A DNA stretch of 64,000 nt from an uncultured cyanobacterium (GCA_963703315.1 OY969811.1:1248001-1312000); one strand, 5' to 3'; counted from the stretch's first letter, positions 51,011 to 61,943 are shown. Numbers and translations are program-made. Notes: a model not told the origin generated them from the letters alone.

Positions 51011-52051
51011 CCAATTATCAACTCGCATATAATTTTTGGGAATATATCGACCTAAACTATGATACTGATCTCTCCAAGTTAAGTAACCTTGAAGATGAGA
51101 TGGAAGTTGCTGATCGAATTCTCTAATTTGTTGACTAGACAAAGGAGAGCGATCGCAGTAAAAGGGATTTTTAGGACGATAGCTAAAATAATGAAAGAAA
51201 ATCGCTGAGCGATCGCTTTTTGATGGTGGTTTACCACGATGGTAAAACTTAGATGTATCCGTAAAAACGACTGTCCCAGTTTTACCAACACAAGAAGTTA
51301 GGTAATCCGCAGGATTGTTAGTTTTGAGTAATTGCTCTAATTCCGAGTTGGTTAATCCTTTATATTGTGGAAGAGTCTCAATCAGAAATTTATTGACATC
51401 TGACTTAACGCACTGAAAAGGACCTCCGAATTCATCAACATCATTCAAGTAGACGGCAATCTTGACCATCTTCCAGTCTTCTTTGTCACGATGCCATATA
51501 CGTGGTCCAGCATCTCTACCATCGGCAACACTATAGTAAAACGATAGCGCACCATAGCCTACGGGTAAGCCCAAATAGGACTCCACAATCTTGATGAGTT
51601 TCTCTGAAAGACCCCAGCGAATGATTTCTGGATGGGCTAGCAATTGATCGGCATTTGCCATCAATGTATGTTTACCAGCGTGACTAGGCGATCGCGACTG
51701 TTGGGCAAGCTCATCGGTAATAGGCTGGGCTGCTTCTAAAAGCTTTTTGCTATCAGGGATAGCAAGCGCCTCTAGCGATGTAATGCAAACGCCATGTTGC
51801 TCAAGTTGATCAACTATATTCTGTTCATTAGCGTCAAGCTTGGGTAAATGCTCTTGGTGTTGACGGAGCAGATTTTGATATCGAGGTAAAAGAATTGACT
51901 GCTCAAACCAATTGATACTATGAAATTGACAAGCTATATCAGATGGAAGACTTAGTACTTTATTAATCACGCGATTAGCTAAATAATAAAGTGGATATAG
52001 GTTGTCGGAGCTTAGATAGCGCAGTTGGTATAAACTTTTCATACGTACCAC
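51008..52051 (-). CDS. Fe(II)/2-oxoglutarate dioxygenase (PhyH-like)
   Basis: WHRD..KIAVYLNDV..GGPF..GTVVFTDT..YHRG..R; HxD..H facial triad. Confidence 0.8.
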   Translation of the reverse strand: MVRMKSLYQLRYLSSDNLYPLYYLANRVINKVLSLPSDIACQFHSINWFEQSILLPRYQNLLRQHQEHLPKLDANEQNIVDQLEQHGVCITSLEALAIPDSKKLLEAAQPITDELAQQSRSPSHAGKHTLMANADQLLAHPEIIRWGLSEKLIKIVESYLGLPVGYGALSFYYSVADGRDAGPRIWHRDKEDWKMVKIAVYLNDVDEFGGPFQCVKSDVNKFLIETLPQYKGLTNSELEQLLKTNNPADYLTSCVGKTGTVVFTDTSKFYHRGKPPSKSDRSAIFFHYFSYRPKNPFYCDRSPLSSQQIREFDQQLPSHLQGYLTWRDQYHSLGRYIPKNYMRVDNW

Positions 52052-52352
52052 TAGTTACTTATTTTTTACTAAGATGTTTCGTAAAAATAACTTAGGTGAT
52101 TAAGTTATTGCCTTTAGCCCAACTTAATGCGTTTAGCAATAATGAAAATATCTTTTTTATGCCCATTCACAAAAGTGTGACAACACTTTTATGAATTAAA
52201 TACCCAAGCCCGTAAGGGTTTGCAAAACTAAAATTGGCATAGCCAATTTTATAGATGAAAATACAGATAGCATACTATAACAATAATCGTTTCTATATGG
52301 CAATCCTAACATTTGTGAGATTATATTGCGATTTAAGTTTATTTCTCCCAAC

Positions 52353-53513
52353 TTAAGGATTAATAGCAGTCTCGTAAATCTCTAGGAGTCTCTTGCAATT
52401 GTCATTAGCTGTATATTTACGATCAAATTCTGACCTTGCGGCCGATCGCATTTGCTTTAATTCCTGAGGATGATCTAGCAACCACTTAATTTTGTCGGCA
52501 AGATCATTAGAGTCACTAGGACGAAAAAGTAAACCATTATATCCATGCTCAATCAGTTCGGCGATCGCGCCAATATTTGAGGCAACCACTGGTGTACCCT
52601 TTGCAAAAGCCTCGATCGCTACTCGTCCAAAAGTCTCATACCACTCAGAGGGAAATATGAGAAAAGCCGCCTTGCCAACGATGTCATACACTTCCTCGAA
52701 GGGTCTGCGTCCTAGCCATTCAATTTCGGGCATTTCCTTAGCGGCTTCTGTGACAAGTCCAGACATAGGACCATCACCTAATATTTTTAGAGGGATTTTT
52801 TTATCTAGTTTCCGCCATGCATCTAGCATGATCCCCAAGCCTTTTTCGACGGATAAACGCCCGACAAATAACCCATAGCCACCTTCGCCTTGATCGACTT
52901 GCGGAGCAGGATGGAGAAAGTTCGTTTTGAAGGCGATCTTTTCCCTAGGTATGCCACCTTGGACGAACTTGTCTACAGAGAATTGGCTATAGACAATAAA
53001 TACATCTACCGCTTTAGTCCAAGTACCGATTAGGGAATGGAAGGTAGTAGTCGCTGCGGTCATCGCACTAGCACTACGACTACCACGATAACAACTATGG
53101 ATGATGGCTGGTATTGGTACTTTGCCCAAGCAATCTTCGCAAACGCGCCCTTCTCGGAAAAAGAGCGCATTGGGGCATAGCAAACGGTAATTGTGCAGGG
53201 TTTGGACTACTGCGACCCCTTCATCCTTGGCAGCATAGTATGCCGATGGGGAAATTAACGGGAAGGTGTTATGGAAGTGAGCAACTTGAGGCTTGGTTTT
53301 GCGAATCAGCGATCGTAAATCTCGATAAACCTGTCCATTCCATAAAGTTTTTTTAGCCAAAATTAACGGATTGGTAGTTGCAATCTCATCATTGTTGAGG
53401 GTATAGCGAAACACCTCATGTCCATGAGCTTCTAGCAAAGCACTTTCAGTAGCAAAGATTTGCTCTTCACCACCAGGTTGCTGATAGTAGTTATGGACTG
53501 TTAGAACCCGCAT
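52353..53513 (-). CDS. GT4 glycosyltransferase
   Basis: HNYYQQPGGE, FVGRLSVEKG, ETFGRVAIEA. Confidence 0.92.
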   Translation of the reverse strand: MRVLTVHNYYQQPGGEEQIFATESALLEAHGHEVFRYTLNNDEIATTNPLILAKKTLWNGQVYRDLRSLIRKTKPQVAHFHNTFPLISPSAYYAAKDEGVAVVQTLHNYRLLCPNALFFREGRVCEDCLGKVPIPAIIHSCYRGSRSASAMTAATTTFHSLIGTWTKAVDVFIVYSQFSVDKFVQGGIPREKIAFKTNFLHPAPQVDQGEGGYGLFVGRLSVEKGLGIMLDAWRKLDKKIPLKILGDGPMSGLVTEAAKEMPEIEWLGRRPFEEVYDIVGKAAFLIFPSEWYETFGRVAIEAFAKGTPVVASNIGAIAELIEHGYNGLLFRPSDSNDLADKIKWLLDHPQELKQMRSAARSEFDRKYTANDNCKRLLEIYETAINP

Positions 53514-54750
53514 CAATTTCTCCTGTTTGTGCTAGAACTTTCTCATAAATATTAACAAGGAACTTGCCTTTGGTTTCCCAGTTAAATAGTTGATTTACTC
53601 TTTGACGACCTGATAGCCCCATGCGCGATCGCAGTTGAGGATCATCGGCTAGGCTTTTCATAGCCTGCGCTAATCCTGTCACTGCTTGCTGAGGATCGAT
53701 AGCAGGAATCTTAAATCCTGTTTCCTGAGTTACCTGCACCGACGGACCACCTAGATCTAGACAAATCACTGGTCGCCCTAAGGCCATAGCTTCCAAGCAA
53801 ACAAAACCGCCTGATTCATGCAAACTAGGATGCACTAAAGCCAGACAAGTTCCCAGCTTTTGTAATAACTCATCACGGGGCATCTCGGATAAAAACTTAA
53901 CTTGGTTGGCAATACCAAGCTCGGCGGCTAGTTGCTGTAGACGCTCTTGTTCTGCGCCATTGCCAATCAGCCAATATTCGGCTTCTTTTGGTAAATTTGC
54001 CTCCGCAAAAGCTCGTAACCCTAAGTGAAATCCTTTCCAGTGCAGAAATCTACCAACACTAATAAATCGCAAAGGTGCAGCATCTGCTAAGGGAAACTGT
54101 TCTAAATAAGTCACTTCTTCGGGTAGCAGCCCAACTTGTGATAGGACTTCTACATTTTTAGCTCCCATCTGAACCATGCGTTCAGCAGTCTCGGCTGTTG
54201 TTGCCCAATTAAGGATACTCCGTCGAACCGTCATCCTTGTAAATGGATCACGTTCACCCACCCAACGCGACAAACTTCGTAAAAATTCATAAATTTTGCC
54301 GCGTCTACTAAAGTTTTGGCTAAAGGCTTTAGGAGCCGATTCGCCCCCACCAACTGGGCCTAAAATAAATGGAATCGGTAATAAGGACAGAAAACTGGGA
54401 GTGGAATATTTGACGAAGGTGACATGATGCACCAGATCAAACCCAATCTCACGGTGCAATTTGCGAGCAATAAAATAGGCTTGAATTTGCCAGAGATAGT
54501 AATGAACTTGAAAGGCTCCCTGTCCCATTTTCCAGCCATCACCCCACACTGGAAGCGTAAAATAAATAAAATGGAGATTGGGAACTGGATTGCGTGCTAG
54601 CTCGGCTTCGATCGCCTCACGTCCATCATCGGGTCTGGTTAACACCCAAACTTCATGATATCTTGCCACTTCACGGGCAGTATTCCAGCCAACCCCCAAT
54701 TCTGTACCACGTCCCGGTTCACAAGCATAGGCAGACATCAGGATTTTCAT
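53491..54750 (-). CDS. GT4 glycosyltransferase
   Basis: SAYACEPGRGTE, VGRFLHWKG, ESGGFVCLEAM. Confidence 0.92.
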   Translation of the reverse strand: MKILMSAYACEPGRGTELGVGWNTAREVARYHEVWVLTRPDDGREAIEAELARNPVPNLHFIYFTLPVWGDGWKMGQGAFQVHYYLWQIQAYFIARKLHREIGFDLVHHVTFVKYSTPSFLSLLPIPFILGPVGGGESAPKAFSQNFSRRGKIYEFLRSLSRWVGERDPFTRMTVRRSILNWATTAETAERMVQMGAKNVEVLSQVGLLPEEVTYLEQFPLADAAPLRFISVGRFLHWKGFHLGLRAFAEANLPKEAEYWLIGNGAEQERLQQLAAELGIANQVKFLSEMPRDELLQKLGTCLALVHPSLHESGGFVCLEAMALGRPVICLDLGGPSVQVTQETGFKIPAIDPQQAVTGLAQAMKSLADDPQLRSRMGLSGRQRVNQLFNWETKGKFLVNIYEKVLAQTGEIDAGSNSP

Positions 54751-54752
54751 GG

Positions 54753-55907
54753 TTACCCTACCTCCTTTTTGTTAGAAGGAGTAGCTAAAATCGATTGACA
54801 GAAATCTAAGTACTGTTGGCTAATCTTCAAATAATCAAAATCCTGCGATCGCTGTTTTGCTTGTTCTCGATAATGCTGCTTTAAGTCTGGTTGTGTCAAT
54901 ATTTTTAACATTCCTTGAGCCAAGGCATCAGGATTACCCGTCGGCACAACTGCACCATACTTACCATAATCCACAATGTCTTTCATACCCCCAGGGGCAT
55001 CGGTGACAAGCACGGCGGCTCCGCAACCCATTGCCTCTTCCAAAGCGATCGGGCAGCCTTCCCAAGCTGAAGCTAATACAAACAAATCACAATTTGCCAT
55101 ATAGCGATAGGGATTAGCATCATATCCCGGCATCCATACTGAGTCTTCCACACCTAAATTCTTACATAGATCTTCTAGCTCAGTTCTTAAAGGACCTTCT
55201 CCTAAAATCAAAAGTCTAGCTGGAGTTACTTTCACCACCTGAGCAAAGGCATGGATTAAACCATCCAGTTGCTTCTGCTTAGCTAATCGCGCTGCTGTGA
55301 CAATTACGGGAATATCTGAGTTTTGGAACCAAGGATGTGTAATTGGCTCTTTCCCAAGTTCCTCTACACGAGGCGCATTAATCGGATTCAAAATTACCTG
55401 CATAGGAATTTTAGCTGCAATCTTGAGAGTCTCCACTAAATCAGTAATCGTATCTTTAGACACTCCCACCAACCCATCACCAAAGGGATAGGTATACCGC
55501 ATCAGAATTGGTAAAAATCGCAGACGAAGTTTGTCCCAATGTTCAACACTCGCTTCTAGACTAATAATATTATGTTCTCCAAGAATTACCTTAGTTTTAG
55601 TCCCTGACAAATATTTAGCCCAGACTGCCACGATATTAAAATACCAAGGCATCGGTAAAAGCACATCAGGCTGGTATTTCTTTAAGTAATTGATAGTGGG
55701 AAATAGGGAAAAAGCTGTTCTCTTTACATTCAGAGATACAATTGGAATATCTGGGAATCTAGATATTTCCTCCTCACTAGCATCAAGAATAACCAAATGA
55801 CAATCTATTCCTAGCTTCTGCCATCCTCGGATTAGTGCAGTACAGAGATTGGTAAATGTGCCTCCACTAATGTCATGAGTCAATATTGCAACTTTTGGTG
55901 TACTCAT
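54753..55907 (-). CDS. GT4 glycosyltransferase
   Basis: ARLAKQK, SAWEGCPIALEEAM. Confidence 0.9.
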   Translation of the reverse strand: MSTPKVAILTHDISGGTFTNLCTALIRGWQKLGIDCHLVILDASEEEISRFPDIPIVSLNVKRTAFSLFPTINYLKKYQPDVLLPMPWYFNIVAVWAKYLSGTKTKVILGEHNIISLEASVEHWDKLRLRFLPILMRYTYPFGDGLVGVSKDTITDLVETLKIAAKIPMQVILNPINAPRVEELGKEPITHPWFQNSDIPVIVTAARLAKQKQLDGLIHAFAQVVKVTPARLLILGEGPLRTELEDLCKNLGVEDSVWMPGYDANPYRYMANCDLFVLASAWEGCPIALEEAMGCGAAVLVTDAPGGMKDIVDYGKYGAVVPTGNPDALAQGMLKILTQPDLKQHYREQAKQRSQDFDYLKISQQYLDFCQSILATPSNKKEVG

Positions 55908-55932
55908 TTTGCTTTTTCGGTTTATTTTAACA

Positions 55933-57078
55933 TCACGAGTTGAGTACGAGTTCAGTAATCTTTGCCAAGCACTCAGCCGCCGCCGTTGGCGTGTACTGAG
56001 CCATAATCTGCTTCGAGCGATCGCCCATAGCAGAAATTAAGCTTGGCTCATCCAAAAACTTTTGCATGAGGTCAGCCAGCTTTTTGGGATCATCTGGGGT
56101 AAACACATAGCCATTTTCATCATCAACAACTAGTTCCGAAGTCCCTGCACCTTTAGAGCAAAGGATGGGCTTACCCAGCAGCATCGCCTCTAATGTAACC
56201 ACTCCCCAAGTATCTTCTAAAGTTGGGAAGACAAACACATCAGCATGATCAAAATAAGTTCTAATCTGATCAAAGGGGATTCTCCCTAACCACTGAACGC
56301 GATCGCTTAAATGATGTTCTTTACAGAAAATCTCCAATTCTTGCTGCTGTAAACCATCACCTACCACCTGTAAAGTGTAGCCCTCATAGCCTCTAGACTG
56401 CAATATCGCACAAGCCTGTAATAACAGAGGTAACCCTTTGCGGGGGATCACATGACCCACAAATAAAAATACTGGGCGTTGTTGTGCAATTGAGGCTTCT
56501 TGAACTTCAGAACTACTTGGCAATGTGCGCTCATCGGGAATCTCGTATGGTTGCACAAACACTCGATCTTTCTTTGCCTTTAGTATCTCGATTAAATAAT
56601 CGCTACCAGCATGACTGTTAGTAACATAAGCATCAGCCATCCATACCATTAGCCTCCGAATCAACAGCCTTAATGCTGAATTTCGATAATCTACTCCTGG
56701 CGAACTCCCTTCATAAGCAATGATCACCCGCCACCAAAATAGAGGCTTAAATAGTAAAGCCAAAATTGTCCATACGCCAAAAGAACTAGCAAAAATCACT
56801 TGAGGCTTAAGACTAAATAAGTGATTAATGATTCTTGGAGATAGATAAGTGAAGTTATCTCCATAGCTCGACTCATCCTTATTGATCTCAATTACTCGAA
56901 ATTTGCCAACGACTTCAACTTGAAGCTTTCCTTCTATCCCTTTGGCAAACCCTGGGAATAAACCTGTAAATACAGTTGTTTTTGGGAATAGCTGGGTAAA
57001 TTCACTCAAAGCAGGTTGCCAATAGAACCACGCTACTGGCAATAGCCATGCTACACGAAGATTATTTGAATTTTGCAT
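55933..57078 (-). CDS. GT4 glycosyltransferase
   Basis: FVGHVIPRKG, EDTWGVVTLEAM; ATG at 57078 preferred over TTG at 57126. Confidence 0.9.
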   Translation of the reverse strand: MQNSNNLRVAWLLPVAWFYWQPALSEFTQLFPKTTVFTGLFPGFAKGIEGKLQVEVVGKFRVIEINKDESSYGDNFTYLSPRIINHLFSLKPQVIFASSFGVWTILALLFKPLFWWRVIIAYEGSSPGVDYRNSALRLLIRRLMVWMADAYVTNSHAGSDYLIEILKAKKDRVFVQPYEIPDERTLPSSSEVQEASIAQQRPVFLFVGHVIPRKGLPLLLQACAILQSRGYEGYTLQVVGDGLQQQELEIFCKEHHLSDRVQWLGRIPFDQIRTYFDHADVFVFPTLEDTWGVVTLEAMLLGKPILCSKGAGTSELVVDDENGYVFTPDDPKKLADLMQKFLDEPSLISAMGDRSKQIMAQYTPTAAAECLAKITELVLNS

Positions 57079-57223
57079 TTTGACTGAGTTATGTAGAATT
57101 TGAGCGAAGGGATTAGTGTTGGTCAAGATTAAAATATGTTAGTGTAACGAACTTCTTGCCACTTGCAAAATGCAATTTTGCAATACTTTTGCTGTAAGAC
57201 TTAAAAAAACACACTAACCACAG

Positions 57224-57425
57224 GAAAGAATTAGGCAATTAGTCTATTAGGCTGGATATGAGGTGATATTTCTACCACCCTATTTTCTAACTTAAATAAA
57301 ATTGAGAAATTCTGGACAAAATTGGAAAATCATGTTGATAAGATTATTGGTCAATGTGAAAGTTCATGGGATGCCGTCAGCTAATCTTTTTGCCATTTGT
57401 TGTAACTATCCCTTTCTTTGCTATA
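57224..57425 (+). pseudogene. IS630-family transposase 3' remnant with right terminus
   Basis: ERIRQLVY*AGYEVIFLPPY-(frameshift)-NLNKIEKFWTKL, similar to AGCKVVYLPPYSPDLNRIEKCWAWL of the intact IS630; ends in gctata. Confidence 0.75.
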
Positions 57426-57427
57426 GT

Positions 57428-58552
57428 TCACAACGCCAAAATCTCTAAGTATCGACTTGTAATAGATTTAATCGTAAATTGCTCCAACCACTTAGAATCA
57501 ACAGATTTAATTTCTCCTGACAACACTCTTAAGATTCCTTCTGCCAGCGCTTGTGTATCACCTACTGGCACCAAATCTCCATACTTACCGTAGTCAAGAA
57601 TTTCCTCTGGACCACTCTTGCAATTTGTAGAAATCACTGGGACACCAGTCGCCATTGCTTCAATTAGCACGTTGCCCAATCCTTCCCAAACAGATGACAG
57701 TACAAACACTGCTGCTTTGGACATGTAGGCGTAAGGGTTGTCTACAAATCCGGGTAGTGCGACATCTTCCTCCAAATTTAACTGCCTAACAAGTGTTTCC
57801 AATTCGAGTTGCTGGGAACCCGTGCCAAGAATCATCAGTCGAGCAGGTTTGAGTTTGCGTACTCGGGCAAAGGCTTGAATCAGCATTGGAAAGTCTTTCT
57901 GCGCCTCTAATCTGCCCACTGCCAAGATGACAGGTATCTGTTTTTGCTGAAGCCAAGGATGTTCAACTGGTTCCTTTGCCTTAGTTATTAATTCAGGCGT
58001 GATAATCGGATTGTAGATTGTATGTAACTTGGCGGAACTATTTCCAATAAGCACTTCTAAATCCTGAGATACACCTTTAGAAACACCTACCACTTTATCG
58101 GCAAAGGGATACAGAAAACGCACTAAAGTCTTTGGATTTGATGGGGTGAGACCCAAGAAATAAGCCAAATGCTTGAGCGAAGGCTGCACTCTTGGTAACG
58201 CTAATAAAGCCCCGTGTTCCCTAACTACAACTTTGGTGTGGACTTGTGAATACAATTTAGCCAAAATAGCGATCTCAGTGTTGTAATGAAAGCTTGCAAT
58301 GAGAGCCTGGGGCTTTTCCTGTTGCAAGTATTTTGCTAGGGTTGAAATACTGTTACGTAATCTTGGGTTCCCTAAATCAACAACTTTTACTCCTTCTGGC
58401 AAGTGTTTTAGAAAGGGACCCGTATTCTTAGAAAGGACAATATCCACCTCAAGATTTAGCTCAATCAATCCTCTTGCTAAGTTAATTACGCCTCGTTGAA
58501 CACCTCCTTCATCAAAGTTATCTAGGAATAAACTGATATCTGCTCTTCTCAT
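57428..58552 (-). CDS. GT4 glycosyltransferase
   Basis: GGVQR, IYNPI, VGRLEAQKDF, WEGLGNVLIEAM. Confidence 0.92.
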   Translation of the reverse strand: MRRADISLFLDNFDEGGVQRGVINLARGLIELNLEVDIVLSKNTGPFLKHLPEGVKVVDLGNPRLRNSISTLAKYLQQEKPQALIASFHYNTEIAILAKLYSQVHTKVVVREHGALLALPRVQPSLKHLAYFLGLTPSNPKTLVRFLYPFADKVVGVSKGVSQDLEVLIGNSSAKLHTIYNPIITPELITKAKEPVEHPWLQQKQIPVILAVGRLEAQKDFPMLIQAFARVRKLKPARLMILGTGSQQLELETLVRQLNLEEDVALPGFVDNPYAYMSKAAVFVLSSVWEGLGNVLIEAMATGVPVISTNCKSGPEEILDYGKYGDLVPVGDTQALAEGILRVLSGEIKSVDSKWLEQFTIKSITSRYLEILAL

Positions 58553-59324
58553 TATCTGGACCTCAGGTACTAATAAGATCTCTATTTGGTTAACATATCA
58601 GTTCCGTAAACACCTTTCAGTAAGAGATTCATAGTCAAAACTGTTTACTATGGGAACTTCTATTTTCCTAATCTGGTTAGCGTCAAGAATTTTCCGCCAC
58701 TGGCTAAACATAATTTTAGAGTGCCATCGTAGGCAACGGTTCCAGAAAGCCAATTTTCGGGCAGCGAAAAAGTAAAGACACTAACAAAATATCGTTTTAA
58801 ATCAATATATGAGACATTGATCTAAGGTTTATCGTATTATTTAATAATATACACTAAAAATTACAAGAAATGTTGACCGTAGGAAGAATTTAAAAATATC
58901 CAGTAAAATAGGACTTACGCATTGACAAAATAGTAAAGATATGATGATTGTAAAGCAAGCGTTTATCTGATGGTGTTGGAGTGAGAGAACAGTCAAAACC
59001 CTCAACAGCTAAGTGTAATTGCAACCTCTACACTTTATATTTGCTGGCTGAACCAAAGTATGTGAGTTGTCTGCGCCTAGCGGAGATCATGTCAGAGTTG
59101 AGTCACGACAGTGTGAACCGTTTTTTATTGCGGGAAAATTACACACCCCAAGACTTGTTTGACGAGGTGAAAGGGGAACTTATTTTTGAAGGAGGAACAG
59201 CGAGTATTGATGATAGTGTCGTGGATAAGCCTTACCGTGACCTCAAAAGAACAGAGTTATTGGGATACTTTTGGTCAGGGAAACACAAACGAACCGTTAA
59301 GGGTCTCAACCTGATTACCTTGTA

Positions 59325-60280
59325 TAGCTATAGCCAGTCAAGTTAGGACGCAGCAAGGGCAAGAACGGAGTCAATAGCATCATGAAGATTAGCTGAATCA
59401 CGTAGGAGTTTGCGGATGCGAGATTTCAGCCAAGCCCAACATTTCTCAATGCGATTAAGGTCTGGAGAATATGGAGGTAGATAGACGACCTTACATCCTG
59501 CTGCTACTATCAAATCCTGAATGCGTCCACCATGATGAAAAGTAGCATTATCGATAATTACCCATTGCCCAGCCTTGAGCGTTGGAATCAAGCAAGATTC
59601 TAACCAGATTTCAAATACGTTGCGGTTGCAACAGCCTTTAATTGTAAAGGGGGCAATTAGTTGTCCATCTCGATATCCCGCAATCATATTAATACGTCCT
59701 TGGCGACGACCTGCTTTGAGTCCATGAATTCGCTCACCTTTTGCAGACCATCCATATCCATAATTATCACGTTCATCCATACCTGATTCATCAACGTAAA
59801 CTAAGTGGGATGCTTTTGGATCGCCTAAGGCTGTGCGAAACTCATTACGTTTTTCTTCATCTCGTTCCCGATAACCATAAGTTTTTTTTTACGGGTAAAT
59901 CCTATCTGTTTTAACGCTCGTGATATAGACCTTTGACTGATATTTCCCCATAATTCTGCCATCTCTGCTTGGGTCTTATCCTCATGCTCTTTGACAAATT
60001 CTCGAAACTTTTCCCAGTCGCTAATTTTGGGCTTCTGACTAGACGATGCTCTTGCCTTCACGGTTATATCTCCTGTTTCTTCCCGTCTCTCAAACCACAA
60101 GTTGATTGTGTTTCGACTAATCCCGAACAATTGACTGGCTTCATTTTTCTTCAGTCCATCCATTTCGATTGCTTGCATTACCTTTTGACGCAAATCGTAA
60201 CTATATGGTTTTGGCATTGTTGTTGCTCAGATGTCTCGGTTTCTTTCTATTTTATGTCCTAACCTAGCTGGCTATAGCTA
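59325..60280 (-). mobile_element. IS630-family insertion sequence, 956 bp, TA target duplication
   Basis: TA|tagctatagccagtcaagttaggac ... gtcctaacctagctggctatagcta|TA. Confidence 0.92.
59343..60217 (-). CDS. IS630 transposase (OrfA+OrfB joined by a -1 frameshift at A9C, 59890-59881)
   Basis: MPKPYSYDLR HTH; GFTRKKK then -1 frame TYGYRERDE..VYVDESG..IDNATFH..LPPYSPDLNRIE. Confidence 0.88.
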
Positions 60281-61019
60281 TATTACACCGATATAGCAGG
60301 AAACGCATATCCAGTGAACTTTCGGATTTATGATAAACAGGAGGGCAAGACTAAAAACGACTATTTTTTAGAGATGATGAGACAAATCCGAGACTGGGGT
60401 CTGAAGCCGAATTGGGTGACGGGTGATAGTTGGTATGCAAGTCTTGAGAATCTGAAATTCCTCAGAAACGAGGGGGTAGGTTTTCTAGTTGGAGTTGCCA
60501 ACAATCGTAAAGTTTCTCAAGAACAAGGCAAAGAAGTTCAGATACAAACCTTGGAGATTACTGATAGTGGGTTAGTGGTCTATCTCAAAGAATTCGGCTG
60601 GGTCAAGGTGTTTCGTCAGGACTTCAAAAACGAAGCTCGATATTACATCCTTCACCTCCAAGATTTAGAAGCACTCAAACAACTCACTCGCATAGAGTTC
60701 AAACAAGTCCATGACAGACATTGGCAAATTGAATGTTTCCACAGGGTTATCAAGCAAGTTTGTAATATTGAGCGCTTTCAGGTCAGGGATACACAAGCGA
60801 TTCGTAATCATTTCTTTTGCTCCCTCCGTGCTTTTGCCAAGTTACAAAAGATGCGAATTGATGGCTTAATCGATAATTTGTATCAGGTATCGAGGGATTT
60901 ATTTATACCTGTCATTCGTCAATTTATCTTGGAAAATCTCACACAATCTGTCTCAGTTTGACTTCATATCTCGCTATTTCTGTCAATGCGTAAGTCCTAT
61001 AAAATTAGGGTGTAATTAT

Positions 61020-61943
61020 CTAATGAAATATCTTTTGAGCCAACCAATCTAAATCTCTTTTCAGTTCCCTAAATAATGCTGCTATCCATTGTTGTTTTTT
61101 TAATGGAAATAAGTATTGATAAGGATGAAAAATTCTAGCCCCTTTTTTGGTATTAAGATGTCTAAATATGGGAACTAAAGAAATATCATTGCGGGTTGGA
61201 TTTAATGGATTAGGATTGAGCCTGATTTTCACTAAGTTAATCGCTCTCTGTAAAGCATTAGTAGCCTGAAAAACTGGATCGCCATCTACCCACCAAGCTT
61301 GGAAAGGATGATTAGTGCAGAATGGGATGTTAAATATTTGAGCATACATAGGGATTCGGTACTCAATAAATCCAAGTTCTGGTTGCTCTATCTGAGAGTA
61401 AGCTTCTAAAAATATCTTTGGTAAACATACGACAATAAAAATACAACCCATCGGCTCTTGCTGATAGTTATAGGTCTTATTTACATATTCCAAAAATTTA
61501 AGATACTGCTCCCTGTGTTCAGGAACTTTAGGAGTAACCCATAACCAATCATTCTCAACTTCTTTGATTGGTCTTAGCCCAGATAGCAATATTTGATCTT
61601 GCTTCAGCATTGAAAAAAGCTGTTCAATATTGCCAAAAACTAGCATATCCCACTGTACGATTACCACGGTATCCCAAGATAAATATTGACCTCTCTCTCG
61701 ATACCAATGCGTTAGCATCAAATCACCTTGAAGCCACTTCCATTGAGAATCTTTCTCCTCAGGAAAAGCGTAAAAATCGTCCAAGAGTTTATCTAACTGA
61801 AGTTTATAGTCATTTACTGTAGATAAATTACCACCATATACACCATAAATAGGGATGTTAGGATTATTCTGTCGCAACAGATTTAGACGGTTTTTACAAA
61901 TATCTACTTCTTTATAAAACCAAAACAAAATAGCTATTTTCAT
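61020..61943 (-). CDS. Hypothetical protein in the polysaccharide locus, possibly a divergent GT-A-like enzyme
   Basis: MKIAILFWFYK start; IVQWDMLV resembles a DxD-position motif; FHP near the C-terminus. Confidence 0.6.
   Translation of the reverse strand: MKIAILFWFYKEVDICKNRLNLLRQNNPNIPIYGVYGGNLSTVNDYKLQLDKLLDDFYAFPEEKDSQWKWLQGDLMLTHWYRERGQYLSWDTVVIVQWDMLVFGNIEQLFSMLKQDQILLSGLRPIKEVENDWLWVTPKVPEHREQYLKFLEYVNKTYNYQQEPMGCIFIVVCLPKIFLEAYSQIEQPELGFIEYRIPMYAQIFNIPFCTNHPFQAWWVDGDPVFQATNALQRAINLVKIRLNPNPLNPTRNDISLVPIFRHLNTKKGARIFHPYQYLFPLKKQQWIAALFRELKRDLDWLAQKIFH

Larger units (their letters stand above)
58981..60961 (+). pseudogene. IS701-family transposase split by the IS630 insertion (58981-59324 and 60283-60961)
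   Basis: SHDSVNRFL..IDDSVVDKPY..LITLY | YTDIAGNAYPVNFRIY..GDSWY..HWQIECFHR; frame is restored by removing the IS630 and one TA. Confidence 0.88.
58909..60999 (+). mobile_element. IS701-family insertion sequence, interrupted by an IS630
   Basis: 19-bp perfect TIR taggacttacgcattgaca/tgtcaatgcgtaagtccta; flanking direct repeat TAAAA (58904-58908, 61000-61004); DDE transposase motifs. Confidence 0.85.

Noticed and set aside
52130..52340. Further repeat-like sequence (attcacaaaagtgt..acacttttatgaat; tatggcaatcctaa)
   Set aside because: Probably decayed repeats, but boundaries and family could not be defined from this window
58690..58708. JUMPStart/ops-like sequence (minus strand ttagccagtggcggaaaa) upstream of the GT genes
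   Set aside because: Lacks the conserved GGCGGTAG core and no RfaH-like gene is seen; probably chance
58598..58756. About 50-codon minus-strand open frame between the IS and the GT
   Set aside because: No convincing start or RBS and no recognisable motif
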